DNA from: Octopus vulgaris
Lineage: Eukaryota
Length of the DNA: 64,000 nucleotides
Reading direction: 5' to 3'
NCBI GenBank assembly: GCA_951406725.2
Contig: OX597819.1
Location: forward strand, 122,388,001 to 122,452,000
Below the pieces are notes generated by a model, which did not search any database, was not told the DNA's origin, and worked only from the letters and a program-made list of their open reading frames with translations. Below, piece by piece: positions 24,569 through 38,034 of the stretch. The position numbers and the translations under genes are program-made. The stretch's first letter is position 1. Every line of letters starts with the position of its first letter.

Positions 24569-27500
24569 GCAGACCAATTGAAAAGAGCAACAATGTAAAT
24601 AAAATAGATAAGAGAAGCACAGAACTCAGTGTACGAGCTGTACATCCCAACGAGGGAGCTGAACGGAGAATAGTGAAGAACAGAGGTATGGAAAAAGAGG
24701 AAAATGTAGACCTACCTCAATAGAATAGATATGACATAGAATTTGAGGTGAATAATAAAGAGAAGATCATAGAAGCAAAAGAAGATATCATGAGAGAACT
24801 CAGCAAGACTGAATTTACTGACATGATCAATAGAGAACCGCTACCAGATCTCTCAAACAGCATAAAATATAACAACACAATCATACTATATAATGTTGTT
24901 CTTAGTTCTTAATAAATTAGGGAACTAACCTAACGAGCTTAAATAAACCTCATCTGTTCCACTACTGAAGTTGTAACTGCTCAACGAGGTACCAGGACGA
25001 CAGAGAAAAGGGACCAACCATGTCAATAGACCGCCTAAGTTGAAATTAGGAATGCAAAAAGAGATCGAATTTTTGCGGGCAACAATGTAGTGGCTGTGTG
25101 GTAAGTAGTTTGCTTACCAGCCACATGGTTCCGGGTTCAGTCCCACGGCGTGCCACATTGGGACTGAACCCGGAACCATGTGGCTGGTAAGCAAACTACT
25201 TACCACACAGCCACTCCTACGCTTATAAATGATAACATCGGTGCAATTGAAGGAAAACTTCGTGGGATATTAATCAAGGAATTCCCTGGATCCAGCTTCG
25301 AAGGAGTTGGTTTTTAATAGATTTTATATAACAGTTCTACTAGAAAAAACATTTCAAATAATAGATCAGTTCTCGATGAACTTGGTAGAGGAGTAAATGT
25401 TAAGAAGAAACAAGCTAGAAAAATCAAGCAAAAATATAAAATTCAAAGATTTTATAAACCTCCCTGTAACCAAGGAAATTGTGAAATAACGAATACAAAT
25501 GAAAGCCCAACGGCTCAGAAGATACGACAAAAGAATCAAATTTTATCGACAAAACAAGGTATTCAAAACTTATGTAAAGAAATGTTATAGCGAAATTGTA
25601 AGACAGAAGTAAGATAGAAGTAAAGAAGCCACCTAAGGCTGAGGAAATGGAAGAGTTGTGGAAGAAGATATGGGGCAACAAAAAGAGTATAGTGTTGAAG
25701 CTGACTGGATAAAACGTGAGAAAGTGAGACTGGATGAAGTTGAAGAGGAGAAATGAGAGGCAATAGGAGTAGAAGAGCTAATATGTGTTCTTAGAAAGTG
25801 TCACAAATGGGGAACCCCCACGACTGGACCAGATCCCTAACCTCTGGTTGAATTGTTTGATAGAAGTACAGCAAAATTTTGCTGCATCCTTAACTGATGT
25901 CATCTAGAACCCAGAGCAAATACCTGCTTGGTGGACCAAAGCAACAACATACCTTCTACCAAAAATTTAAGACAGGAAAAATCCAAAGAACTACCGACCA
26001 ACAACATGTCTCAACACTACGTACAAGATCCTCACTTCGATTCAAACTGAAGGAATATACGCTTTCCTGAAACAGAACTCTATCCTTCCACAAGCTCAAA
26101 AAGGTTGTAAAAAGAATACTTATGGATGCAACGATCAATTACTCATAAATAAAATGATTGTAGAGAATTGCCGGAGGAAAAAGAACCTGAGTATGGCATG
26201 GACAGACGACAGGAAAGTGTTTGATTGTGTTGTCTCCAAATTCTTACAAGGTTGCATGGCCAAGTGGAATACACGTCTCCTTCTACAGCATAATAATGAG
26301 ATGAGCCAATCTAACAACATCAACATCGAACGAGGCATCTTTGAAGGTAACTCCCCCCTTACTCTTTTGCATGGCACTGATCCCACTCTCAAAAGATCTG
26401 AGTAACACCAGGTATGGGTTAAAAACCATCTGTTTTATATGGACGATCTGAAGCTGTTTGCTAGTAGGGCTGTTAACAACTGTTAAAGAGTTAAGCAATG
26501 ACATTTGGATGGATTTTGGTTTTGATAAGTGTGCTAAAGGAACTTTTGTAAGAGGCAAGCTCAAACAAGTAGCTTCCATTAAATTAGATACCGACATAAC
26601 CATCAAAGAGCTTGACCCACAAGAAAATTACAAATACCGGGGGATAAACGAAGGAGATGGAATACAACATGCTACTATGAAGGAAAAAATAAGCAAGGAG
26701 TATTACATACTCATACTAAAAACTGAACTCAACTCCCAAAATCGCATCGAGGCCATTAAAACCCTGGCACTTCCAGCTGCCCAATACAGTTTTAACATCA
26801 TTAACTAGAATCTCACAGAATTCTAATGTCTTGACAGGAAGAAGAAAGCTACTCACAACTAAGATCATGCACCATCCAAGAGCAGATGTTGATCGCCTGT
26901 ATCAACCTAGAAGTAATGGGGGAAAAGGAATGAAGGCGGTTGAACTGTGCTATAAGTCTCCCACGTTAGCAATAAACAAGTATTTATATAGTACAGAGGA
27001 CTGGATGCTGCGGCTTGTGTGCAAATACGGAAGCCGCAAAAGATCACATTATATTGTCAAGGAAGCTTGCAAATTCGCAAGGGAACTCGGTATTAACCCC
27101 GAATTAGAGGAAGAACCTAAAACCAAGCCATCAAAATGGACGAAACAGACTACAAGAAAGAACGGGCAGAAACAAATTGAGGAGCGGTGGAGACAGAAAC
27201 CTCTACATGGACAGTATATACTTCGAAGCCACAATGCTAATGTAAACCAAGCCACAACCCATCAGTGGCTGAGAAGCTCAAAACTGAAAGCAAAAACTCA
27301 AGGTTTTATATTAGCGGCGCAAGATCAAAGCTTGCTCACAAACAACTGCCAGGCTAACGTTCTTCAAAACGGTTCTGACCCTAAATGCAGATTTATGCGG
27401 TTCATTTGATGAAACAGTAGATCATCTTGTCTCGGGATGTCCTGTGCTGACACCAAACAAATACAAAAATCGCCACAACAGGGTAGAACAGTATTTACAT

Positions 27501-27601
27501 TGGAAAATATGTAAATACTAAAAGATCAACACTCCTGCTTACTGGTACGAACATCATCCTGAGCCGGTCGTCACTATCCCTTGGGATTTTCCCGTCAACA
27601 C

Positions 27602-27802
27602 TTTCAAGACGCGCTCCGCCATCTTGTCGTGTAATATTTGATTCAATTAAATTAAACGTCCACCAAAATTATTTGGCTAAACAAACATAGAAAACCAGTA
27701 ACAGGTTCCTGGTGTTTCTATTCACAACTTGGAATAAAATAAATATTGCAAAACAACACCAATCCAGGTGTAAAGAAATATTTTCACGAAATTTACTTGG
27801 AG
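27602..27802. mobile_element. Unclassified 200-bp insertion in the LINE
   Basis: Interrupts WDFPVNT|DRMIQANRPD; flanked by direct repeat caacac. Confidence 0.6.
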
Positions 27803-28273
27803 CAACACCGACAGAATGATCCAGGCTAATCGACCAGACATAGTCATTAGAGATAGGGAAGAAAATACTTGTAGAATAATAGATGTAAAGGAATTTGACA
27901 AATTAAGTAAATATAAGGGCCTGGAAATTGAAATACAAAAGATGTGGCATCTTAAAGCGAGAACTGTTCCTTTTATTGTGGGTACCTTGGGTATGATAAG
28001 GAAGGGATGTCAGAAACATGTGGATAATATCCCAGGAGAACTATGTCTCAGAGAAATCCGAAAGATTGTGCTGACAAGTACTGCCCACATCCTTAGAAAA
28101 CCCTATCAATTTAAATGTATGTGTCGTATTACATGAAGATATTTCGCTACTGCTCTTGCCACTTCCCCTCCCCAAGCTTTCAGTCATTCTGTAACATCTC
28201 TTATCCTTCACTCTCCCTAGGTCGCTGAGTGTGTCTCGGCAAGTGATTGTAACAAACGTGCAGATTAAAAGTA

Positions 28274-28321
<48 letters not shown>

Positions 28322-28325
<4 letters not shown>

Positions 28326-29152
28326 CCCTGATCCAGTACCAGGCAGTGGCTCTCATGGCTTCTGATCTTAACTGATTGGAAGTGTTATTATGTACATTGT
28401 TTTGTATTGGTATAAAAGATGGGCTACAGCAAATATTCTGCTCAATACCACAGATTTGCTTGTCAGTTGTTTGACCTTAACCAGTTGAACATGTCCCTTA
28501 GTGGCTGAGAGTATGTGCATCTCTGATCACGAGCAGAAGTAGTGGAGGAGCATCATAGCCGTGTGTTGAAAGGAATTCTTAGAGGTTTGGATAATTCACC
28601 TTTGGGAACATGAGTGTTTCGTTCAACATATTTAAACAATCCTTATTCAGGGACCTTTTGAGCGGGATGGGCTACTTGACCAGAAGAAAATTCTAACTGG
28701 GCCCCACCTGCAAAGTCATGCGCTGTTTATCTTGATATGAGATCAGCATGTCGCGCACATATGGTTGTGATGCATGTGCCTGGTGTACCCTTATCAGACG
28801 GGTAGTCATGATGGGTATACTGGACTTCGTATGTTTTACCCCTGTGTCACTTTGATGGCATGCACTGCTCTCTCGCTCAATAATAATATTAATAATGCCC
28901 TGATCCAGTACCAGGCAGTGGCTCTCATGGCTTCTGATCTTAACTGATTGGAAGTGTTATCATGTACATTGTTTTGTCTTGGTATAAAAGATGGGCTACA
29001 GCAAATATTCTGCTCAATACCACAGACTTGCTTGTCAGTCATTTGACCTTAACCAGTTGAGCATGTCCCTTAGTGCCTGACGACATGTGCATCTCTGATC
29101 ACAAGCAGAAGTAGTGCGGGAGGATCATAGCCGTGTGTTGAGAGGAATTCTT
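28322..29152. repeat. Two tandem copies (one about 560 bp, one truncated) of a non-coding element bounded by TAA repeats
   Basis: taatgccctgatccagtaccaggcagtggctc starts at both about 28322 and about 28893. Confidence 0.75.
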
Positions 29153-29159
29153 TTCGTGT

Positions 29160-30517
29160 CTATCCAAAAACATCGGGAATAAAGACGAAAGTGATACTCA
29201 TGTTAAGGGACACCGACTTGGGGATAATGGATAAATTGATGGAGAAAGAAATGAGAGAAAAATGTAAGGTAGAGTAGTTGAGCAAACTGAGACTGATCCT
29301 TAAGTCGAAATTAAACGGAAGGAATAAGATTGAAGCTATCAACACCTGGGCGGTTTCACTCCTTAGATATGGAGCAGGGGTAATCGCATCGACAGTAGAC
29401 GAACTAAACAGCTTTGACAGAAAGACAAGGAAGTTGCTGACTAAATATGGGATACTTCATACTATATGTACCATGAAAAAGAGGGGGAAGTGGATTGACT
29501 GGATGCGAACACAGCATTAGAGCAGAAGACAGCAACATAGCATGGTATGTAATAATGTCACAGAACCGCTATTATTGGAAGTAAGAAGATCAGGCTTGTG
29601 CTGGATGGAAGATTGCAAAGATAAAGCACTGCACAAGCAGTTGAGAATGAATGAAACTGAAAATAGGTGGGTAAAGAAAAGAATGCATGGACAATTTCAT
29701 AGGGATGTTGAAGATAAGGAAGACAGAGGAAAAAGATAGCTATGGATGACTAAATGTCATTTAAATCCGAAAACGGAGGCTCTAATCTGTGCTGAGCAAG
29801 CATTAAGAACGAATTACATCAAATACAGAATAGACAACACATCAGAAAGTGATAATTGTAGAATTTGTGGACAAAACGGTAAAACCGTTTGGCATATTAC
29901 CAGTCAATGTACGTCACTAGCCAGGAAAGAATATAAAAGACTCATGACAACATAGCAACGATTATCCATTGGACACTTTGCAACAAGTATGAACTTGACA
30001 GAGCAAAAACGTGGTACGAACACAAACCCGAAGGCATCATCGAAAATGATAATGCAACGATCCTATAGGATTTCATGATTCAGTGCGACCATGAGATAGA
30101 GAATAGGAAAGCAGACATAGTGTTAATTGAGAAAGAAAACAAACGATGCTGGATCATAGATATAGCATGCCCAGCTGACAACAAGGTATGTGATAAAGAA
30201 GAAAGAAAAGTCGATAGATATAACAGGTTAGCTTGGGAGATTAAGCAGTTGTGGTCAATGAAAAAAGTGGTAGTGGTATCAATAATTGTCGGATCCCTAG
30301 GAACAGTGAGCAAAAATCTTGAGATGTCATGGAACAAATAGGGGCTGCAATAAGGGTGGAGCACTTGTAGAAAACAGCACTGCTTGAAACCGCTCGAATA
30401 CTCCGGTTGGTGCTCGAAAAATAAGGTGTTACCTTCGTTTACTGGTAGAGAACAGCTGACACTGTAGAACTTCACCAGCGTTTGAAGCAGTGCAAAGACA
30501 ATAAATAATAATAATAA
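29160..30517 (+). pseudogene. Second R4/Dong-clade LINE, 3' fragment
   Basis: KSKLNGRNKIEAINTWAV, MHGQF, CRICG..ETV-like zinc motif, RKADIV..IIDIACPAD; TAA tail. Confidence 0.87.
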
Positions 30518-30727
30518 TTTCAAATTTTGCCACAAAGACAGCTTAGGGGAGGAGACTTAATCGATTTCATCGAATCAAGTGTGTAGCTGGCACTTATTTT
30601 ATCGATCTCGGAAGGATGAAAAGTAAAGTCGACCTCGGTGGAATTTTAACTCAGAACGTAGCGACGGGCGAAAAACAGCTAAGCATTTCGTCCGGTGCGC
30701 TTAACGGTTCTGCCAGCTCGCCGCCTT
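30518..30727 (-). mobile_element. SINE-B (type-2 tail)
   Basis: Family homology. Confidence 0.85.
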
Positions 30728-30755
30728 AATAATAACGATGATGATGATGATGATG

Positions 30756-30814
<59 letters not shown>

Positions 30815-30832
30815 TGCAATGATAACCATAGC

Positions 30833-30870
<38 letters not shown>

Positions 30871-30871
30871 C
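30728..30871. repeat. Compound (GAT)n(AAT)n(AAC)n microsatellite
   Basis: Visible directly. Confidence 0.95.
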
Positions 30872-31763
30872 TATTTTTCAAAATAATTTATTTGAATTTG
30901 TTCGGAGTGTGGGGTTTTGCACATATCGTTTGCTGGCCCTTCGAGACTAGAGCTATTTGCGGTAAAATCTAACACTACAAGGCGAAAATTCCCGTAATGC
31001 AATAATCTGGCAAGAAGGAAAGGGTGTTGTTGACTAGCGAAAATTCTGGATTGAATAATGGTGGCGGTGGTGGTCATTTTTTTGCATAGTACTTGTTTTT
31101 TAGATTTATGTCAGATTTATATCGTGATATATTTTACCGAACGCATAATTCAATCGCCTCTCTTGTTGGACATATGCTTCTGTGCACGAATTATGTATTA
31201 AGTAAAAAGATTAATTTTGTGAGAAATCCGTCGCTGGAGCTTATTCCGATGTGGAAGATGTAATTTGAACAGATTTTACCGATTGAAATATTTACATTAC
31301 AAACCAAGAATAATAGATCATTGTTTCCTAATGAGAGCAGTTGTTCTATTTGTGGAATACGAGTTTGATCATGCGCTGTTTGTAGGCCAAGTGTTACTGT
31401 TCTCCAATAATTTCTGGCGAATATGAGGTTACTGTAAGACATTAATCAATAAAAGAATAAAGGATGTACATAAGAGTTCCGATGATCTTCTTCAAAATGT
31501 ATGTCCTTTGGTAATTGTTTTAGAGACGTGGGATATTAATCAAGGAATTCCCTGGATCCAGCTTCGAAGGAGTTGGTTTTTAATAGATTTTATATAACAA
31601 TTCCACCAGAAAAAACATTTCAAAAATTTCAAGCAGACGATAAAGAAGACGAGCGAGATTTTACCCTCTTCAGGTTTCTATCAATGACTTACTTTCTTTC
31701 TCCCCCACTCCCCCTCTCTCTCTTACTCACACACACACATACACACATACACACAAATGTATA

Positions 31764-32398
31764 TATTTCTCTACTACCCACAAGGGGCTAAACACAGAGA
31801 GGACAAACAAGGAGAGACAAACGGATTAAGTCGATTACATCGACCCCAGTGCGTAACTGGTACTTAATTTATCGACCCCGAAAGGATGAAAGGCAAAGTC
31901 AACCTCAGCGGAATTTGAATTCAGAGCGTAAAGGCAGACGACATACCGCTAAGCATTTCGCTCGGCGTACTAACGTTTCTTACTTCTTTACTACCCACAA
32001 GGGGCTAAACATAGAGAGGACAAACAAGGACAAACAGATTAAGCCGATTATATCGACCCCAGTGCGTAACTGGTAATTAATTTATCAACCCCGAAAGGAT
32101 GAAAGGCAAAGTTGACCTCGGCGGAATTTGAATTCAGAACGTAGCGGCAGACGATATACCTAATTCTATTTCTTTACTACCCACAAGGGGCTAAACACAG
32201 AGAGGACAAACAAGGACAGACAAACGGACTAAGTCAATTATATCGACCCCGGTGCGTAACTGGTACTTAATTTATCGACCCCGAAATGAAGAAAGGCAAA
32301 GTCGACCTCGGCGGAATTTGAACTCAGAACGTAACGGCAGACGAAATACGGCTACGGATTTCGCCCGGCGTGCTAACGTTTCTGCCATCTCGCCGCCT
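31764..32398 (-). mobile_element. SINE-B array (3 units)
   Basis: Family homology; one junction lies at agaaacgttag. Confidence 0.88.
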
Positions 32399-32829
32399 TA
32401 TCAACAAATTTAAATTGTTAGGTTCAAGAAACTGGAAGCAGGTCAGGCGATTTTTAAAAGCTCCGTATTTGTATTACATCTTCATCATTTGGTACATTAG
32501 AACCATTCGATACTTTGGAAGCAGTGTGAAACATTTTAGGTTATAATGATGTGTCGTGTAACTCAATTTATCCAATATTGAGCGTGGAAAATACCTGACG
32601 AAGTTGAATAAATAGTTACAGAGAATGCCTTCAATAAGTTGCATTCAACTTGATAATACAGCCTTAGGTGGGAACCGATGAACAAAAGATTGCCTTCTTA
32701 TTGGTCAATCAAGGAAGATAGAATGGAAAGGAAGAGGAAATCAGAGGAAGGAGAAGAAAAGGAAGAAAAGGAAGAAACAGGATTAAACTTAACTTTGAAT
32801 ATCTAATTAATTATACAGCGTTCTCTTAT

Positions 32830-32934
32830 CTGCTTTCTTTCCTCCTTTCTTTCTTTCTTTCTTTCATTCTTTCTTTCTTTCTTTCATTGTTTCCTTTCAT
32901 CTTTCTTTCTTCTTCTTCTCTTTCTCTCTTTCTC

Positions 32935-32982
<48 letters not shown>

Positions 32983-33133
32983 TCATTGTTTCCTTTCATC
33001 TTTCTTTCTTTTTTCTTTCTTTCTTTCTTTCTCTCTTTCTCCCTCTCTTTCTTTTTGGCTTTCTTTCCTCCTTTCTTTCTTTCTTTCTTTCCTTCTTTCC
33101 TTCCTTCTTTCTTCCTTTCTCTATTTCTCTCAC

Positions 33134-33164
<31 letters not shown>

Positions 33165-33360
33165 CTCTTTCCCTCTTTCTCTCACTCTTTCTCTCTTTCT
33201 TTCCTTTCATCTTTCTTTCTTTCTTTCTCTCTTTCTCTTTCTTTCTTTCCTTCTTTCTTTCTTTCTTTCTCTCTTTCTTTCTTTCTTTCTTTCTTTCTCG
33301 CTTTCTCTCACTCTTTCTTTCTTTCCTTTCATCTTTCTTTCTTTCTTTCTTTCTTTCTTC
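32830..33360. repeat. (CTTT)n-rich polypyrimidine tract
   Basis: Visible directly. Confidence 0.95.
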
Positions 33361-33985
33361 GGATTCCTTCACTCCACTTCGTTTCCCTTTCTCCATTGTC
33401 TTAATCCTTCATCGTTAAAAAAAAAAAAAATTACTCTTTCTAAAGAAAAACAAAAAGATAATTTTTGTCATTTCATTATTTTCTCTTAATTTTCTTTTGT
33501 TCCAACTCTCTTCTCATTTTTTCTTTCATTCCCTTTCACTCCATTATACCATTCCTTTGTCACATTTGCCTCAAGAAACGAATAAATTTTAAACAAAAGT
33601 GGACCAAACACCTGGCGTCGAACTAAGCTTCCTAAGGATTTACCAAACATCGTTTCTTTCGGAGATCATTAGGATGATGATTTTTTTTTTCAGTAAGATT
33701 TGTATTATTTCTGTATTTGTTCTTGTGTCTCCTGTTTCTCCTGTTATTCAATCAATTTCATCTCTGCTTCATTGTTGTGTTTTGGAGCGAAGAATTTTTC
33801 GACAGGTTTCCATTGAGCTCGAAATATGACCTCCGACTGGTTCTATGTTAATTGAAGCCACCGTTGAGAAATATTGTTGTCGCTGGTTGTGTGATATCAT
33901 AATTCTTTTGGCGATGTATGTCAGATATTCTGATGCAACTATACTCCCATATAACGCTTATCAGATTTTTACGCTTGTGGCAGAT

Positions 33986-34023
<38 letters not shown>

Positions 34024-34062
34024 CAGCAACAACAACAACAATAATTATAATAATAATAATAA

Positions 34063-34573
34063 TACCAGAAAAGGTCACAGAAAACAAGAAAGCAACCATA
34101 CTCTGGGATATACCAATATACACAGATAGAGAAATTAAGGCCAATAGGCCAGATATACTTGTCAGAGATCATGAAGAAAAAAAATGCTTTCTAATTGATG
34201 TATCAATACCAGCTGATGACAACGTTTCTCTAAAAGAAATGGAGAAACTTTCAAAATACAAAGACCTGGAAATAGAGGTAACTCGAATGTGGAATCTAAA
34301 AACAGAAACAATTCCTATCATAGTAGGCGCATTAAGTATAATAAAAAATTTTTTACACAAATACATGACAAAAACACCAGGACTTAAATATATATACAAC
34401 ATACAGAAAATTGCACTACTAAGCACTGCACACATCCTACGCAGAACACTTTCAATACAATAACCATCAGAGCATCACAACAAATCACAGCACATACCCA
34501 AGGCACACAGAGCTGCACTCGGTAGTGCAGTGATAGCATGCTATAAAAATAAAACTACTGAATAATAATAATA
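34063..34573 (+). pseudogene. Third R4/Dong-clade LINE, 5'-truncated to the endonuclease, inside a TAA tract
   Basis: PEKVTENKKATILWD..NRPDILV..LIDVSIPAD..EKLSKY; TAA repeats on both sides. Confidence 0.9.
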
Positions 34574-34574
34574 C

Positions 34575-34915
34575 TCTTTACATTTCAGGTCACAAGGGAC
34601 GAACACAAAACAAAAGAGGTCAATGCAACACAAGCGATAGAAAGGACTGCACAAAGATTCGCATATAAAATAGATCCGTCCTACGCACGTCAAAAGCTTT
34701 CGGACAAAGCTTCACAAGGCAGCAATATTCGGGCACTAGACGAGTGCAAGCAGAAGGGTTTTGATGCCCTGCTCATCACACAAACGGGTCTGTCTGATAG
34801 CACTTCCGTGTTGTGGAGCTTATCATGAACCAGCAGGGCTATGCACGCATTCGTCACTTCTGCTCGATCCTACAGGGGCGAGACTATCCGCCCTGTTCGT
34901 CAACTCACCCCGGTT
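34575..34915 (-). pseudogene. L1/Tx1-like 3' end (zinc-binding remnant plus tail)
   Basis: ALLVHDKLH and TLLLALV*CPNIAAL resemble the L1/Tx1 motifs ALPVRDKL and ETILHALVQCP; tail gtcccttgtgacctgaaatgtaaaga. Confidence 0.55.
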
Positions 34916-34974
34916 TTGTCCATCAGGAAGTTCGGACTAAATAAGAACACGAGCAATTTAATCGGTCCTTCTGT

Positions 34975-35105
34975 CTAGTTTTATGAAAAACTTTGTTGTT
35001 CAGGGACGAAGCTACGTTTTATGTAAATGGTGAGGTAAACAGACAGAATCTTCTATACTGGCCTCGAGGTACTCCACATTGGATGGATCCATCCAAACAG
35101 CAGCA
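34975..35105 (+). pseudogene. Tc1/mariner transposase fragment (first Asp)
   Basis: [25 protein letters not shown] resembles rosa/DD41D-type FSDEAHF..G.VN.QN.RYW. Confidence 0.7.
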
Positions 35106-35194
35106 TAAAAAGGCACTAGGCAGTGTCTCATATTTTTGTTTGCCCACTCAGTTGCATCTATCAATTTATCTTTGTGTATATGTGTATATATCTA

Positions 35195-35292
<98 letters not shown>

Positions 35293-35317
35293 CATATATA
35301 TAATATATGTATATACA

Positions 35318-35372
<55 letters not shown>

Positions 35373-35384
35373 CGGTAAGCTTTA

Positions 35385-35580
35385 TGAAAATAGACAAAAG
35401 ACGAAGGCAGGTTTACGGAAATAAACAAAAGACGAAGGCAGGTGGAATACAAACAAACAATTGTATTAGTATGGCGCTCAGGAAATATAAATGAAACAAG
35501 TCTTTAACGTTTCGAGCCTACGCTCTTCAACAGAAAGATACACAGAGAAAAAAACACAGAAAGAAGGAGAGAAAAAAATG
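35385..35580 (-). mobile_element. Penelope-like terminal fragment with hammerhead-like motif
   Basis: Minus strand ctgttgaa-gagc-gtag-gctc-gaaacg; homologous copy at 49095-49260. Confidence 0.5.
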
Positions 35581-36879
35581 TGCGTGCAAAATATATATAT
35601 ATAAAACCCTAATGGGAGCCTTAACTCCCAAATTTTAGTCATTTCTTATTTGATCCAAAACTAGGTCAAAAGTACTGAATGGATCTTTATGAAATTTAGA
35701 AATTATATTCTATGCATAAGGGCCATAACCCCCATGACAATTCATATATTTTTGCTGTTGATGAAATTTTAACCATAGATATTAGACACAAATGAAGTAA
35801 TATTTATAAAATTTCATCTTCTTACAAAGTTAGAAAGACCCCTCCATGGGGACTTAACACCCACAATTTTGTCATTTTATCTAAGTAAAAACGAATACAG
35901 TTGTGCTCTTGGAAGCTGTAGAGTTACCCGAGCATAAAAGTTGGGCATTATTTGTAATTTAATGGTACAATAGTGTAACAGTTTACGTTAACATACACTT
36001 ACATTGTGATTTCTGCAATGTGGTGCATAAATTGTTAAGTAAATGAGAGGCATCTTTGCCTCCACTGATTCAGTTGCAAAGTGTTGAGTAAAGTTATTTG
36101 ATTGCAGGCCATCTTTCAGTCTTTTTATTATCACTCGGTCACACATAGTCCCCAGATGGTAACATTGATTTCAAGGCCTTCCCAGATGAGTGACTGGTTA
36201 TTCAAAGACTTTTATAGATTGTAAATTTATTCTGTCCAGTTACATATCAGTATAGTGGTCATATGCAAACTCCAACTTTCATTTCTCCTTAGCCCTCACG
36301 TCACACAGTTGTTAATGTTTATTTCAGTTGAGTCACGCCCTTCCAATTGCTATAGATTCGTAATGCATTTTACGACTGTGCCTGTTACATGAATGGTGAG
36401 GAATCCTACATTGGGAGTGGTAACGACTAGGGTAGGGTAACTGACTGCTTATTGTGATCATTCGTCTTTTGGTTTCCTGTAGCTTTGCTCTCTTTTACAA
36501 ACCCAGTGAACATATATTTCCTATTTCAAAGAAATTCAAACAATAGATATAAGACCCAAGTTAAAAAGATTTTCAACAATTCAACTTCTCTAGTTGACAT
36601 TAAGATACCCACCCCCAACAGGGGCCTCAACTCTCACATTTTAGAGCTCCATGACCTTCATTTTTCTGGAGCAAAATCTTTTTAACAGGTTCAATAAGAC
36701 TGGAATTTTGGAATATGCGCATAAAAATCAGGAGTGTGGGATACATGTGGCACGATTACAAGTTTTTAGGGTGTGTAAAGAGGGAAATAACCCTCATTTG
36801 CAATTTTGATGAAATTCGAAACACATATTCCAGTTCATTACAGAAAATATAACAGAAAAGTCTAATTCTTCAATTGAAT

Positions 36880-36910
36880 GTAACCGGGCAACGCCGGGTA
36901 TCTCTGCTAG
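36880..36910 (+). mobile_element. Helitron-type 3' end (5' boundary unknown)
   Basis: ccgggcaacgccggg hairpin-like motif then CTAG|T, as in the other Helitrons here. Confidence 0.6.
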
Positions 36911-36920
36911 TGTATGTATG

Positions 36921-36954
<34 letters not shown>

Positions 36955-37409
36955 TGTACGTATGTATGTATGTATGTACGTATGTATGTATGTATGTATG
37001 TATGTATGTATGTATGTATGTATGTATGTATGTATGTATACTTATATGTGTTGTATTGTGCTTCTATATGTACTTAGGTCTATATGTTTATGTTGGGTGT
37101 TTAACACAACACTTGTCTACCAAAGAATACATATAACGTCTAAACGCATATTTAGCCAATCAATAAAATAGATATCGATATCAATAACTACGAGTCTTCA
37201 TTCAGTAATGGCGTTGTTATGATTGACTTAAACTAACCGTAAAGGTGGTGCCCAAACATGGCTGCACAAACACAGAACCCGATCTCTTTTCATTTCTTTT
37301 GTTTGTTTGTTTGTTTGCTGGAAGGGTCACACGTAGTGATAATAATATCGTTGAAATAGAGGATATGCGATGCAGTCGCATGACGACATAACCGATATGC
37401 TATAAGACG

Positions 37410-37650
37410 GTGAAGGGACAGAATAGTTAGCACACCGAACAAAATGCGTAGCGACATTTCATCCGTCTTTACGTTCTGAATTCAAATTTCGGCGAGGTCG
37501 ACTTTGCCTTTCATTGTTTCGGGGTCGATAAATTAAGTACCAGTTACGCACTGGGGTCGATATAATCGTCTTAATCTGTTTGTCTGTCCTCGTTTGTCCT
37601 CTCTGTGTTTAGCCCCTTGTGGGTAGTAAAGAAATAGGTATTTCGTCTGC
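37410..37650 (+). mobile_element. SINE-B (type-1 tail)
   Basis: Family homology. Confidence 0.85.
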
Positions 37651-38034
37651 CACAACTGTTAGAGATTGGCTTAATGACACTTTTCCTCACTGGATTGGAA
37701 GAAGGGCTCATATGGAAAGGTCCCCTCGATCACCAGACATTTCTCCCCTTGATTTCTTTTTCTGGGGTATGTTGAAAGAGAAAGATTACAATAAAGATTA
37801 CAGATTTAAAACAAATGAGAGAACGCATTACCAGTCAGTGTGCTGAAATTGATGGCAATGTAGACTTATTTAATCAAGTCTACCTGAATTTTCCAAGGCG
37901 CATAAAGATATGCATTGAAAATGATGGAAATCACTTTGAAAATATTATTTATAATTAAATATAATTAAATAAAATTGTTTTGTTTTAAAAGTATGTGTTA
38001 ATCCCCATGTACGCAGACTTTGTGGACACCCTCT
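37651..38034 (+). pseudogene. Tc1/mariner transposase C-terminus and right TIR
   Basis: WIGRR..SPRSPDISPLDFFFWGMLKEK; ENDGNHFENII; ends tttgtggacaccctc-ta. Possibly the same element as 34975-35105. Confidence 0.78.

Larger units (their letters stand above)
23640..28324 (+). pseudogene. Near full-length decayed R4/Dong-clade LINE (RT plus restriction-like endonuclease)
   Basis: KWTRKDYRDV-like N-terminus (about 23947); NYRPTTCL; HLFYMDDLKLF (26427); LHGQY; ILAAQDQSL; NRPDIV..IIDV..KLSKY (PD-D/ExK); (TAA)n tail 28274-28324; many stops. 5' boundary uncertain. Confidence 0.88.

Noticed and set aside
35600-36880. Possible Helitron-captured gene fragment
   Set aside because: No recognisable coding motif and no defined 5' end; would need BLASTX.
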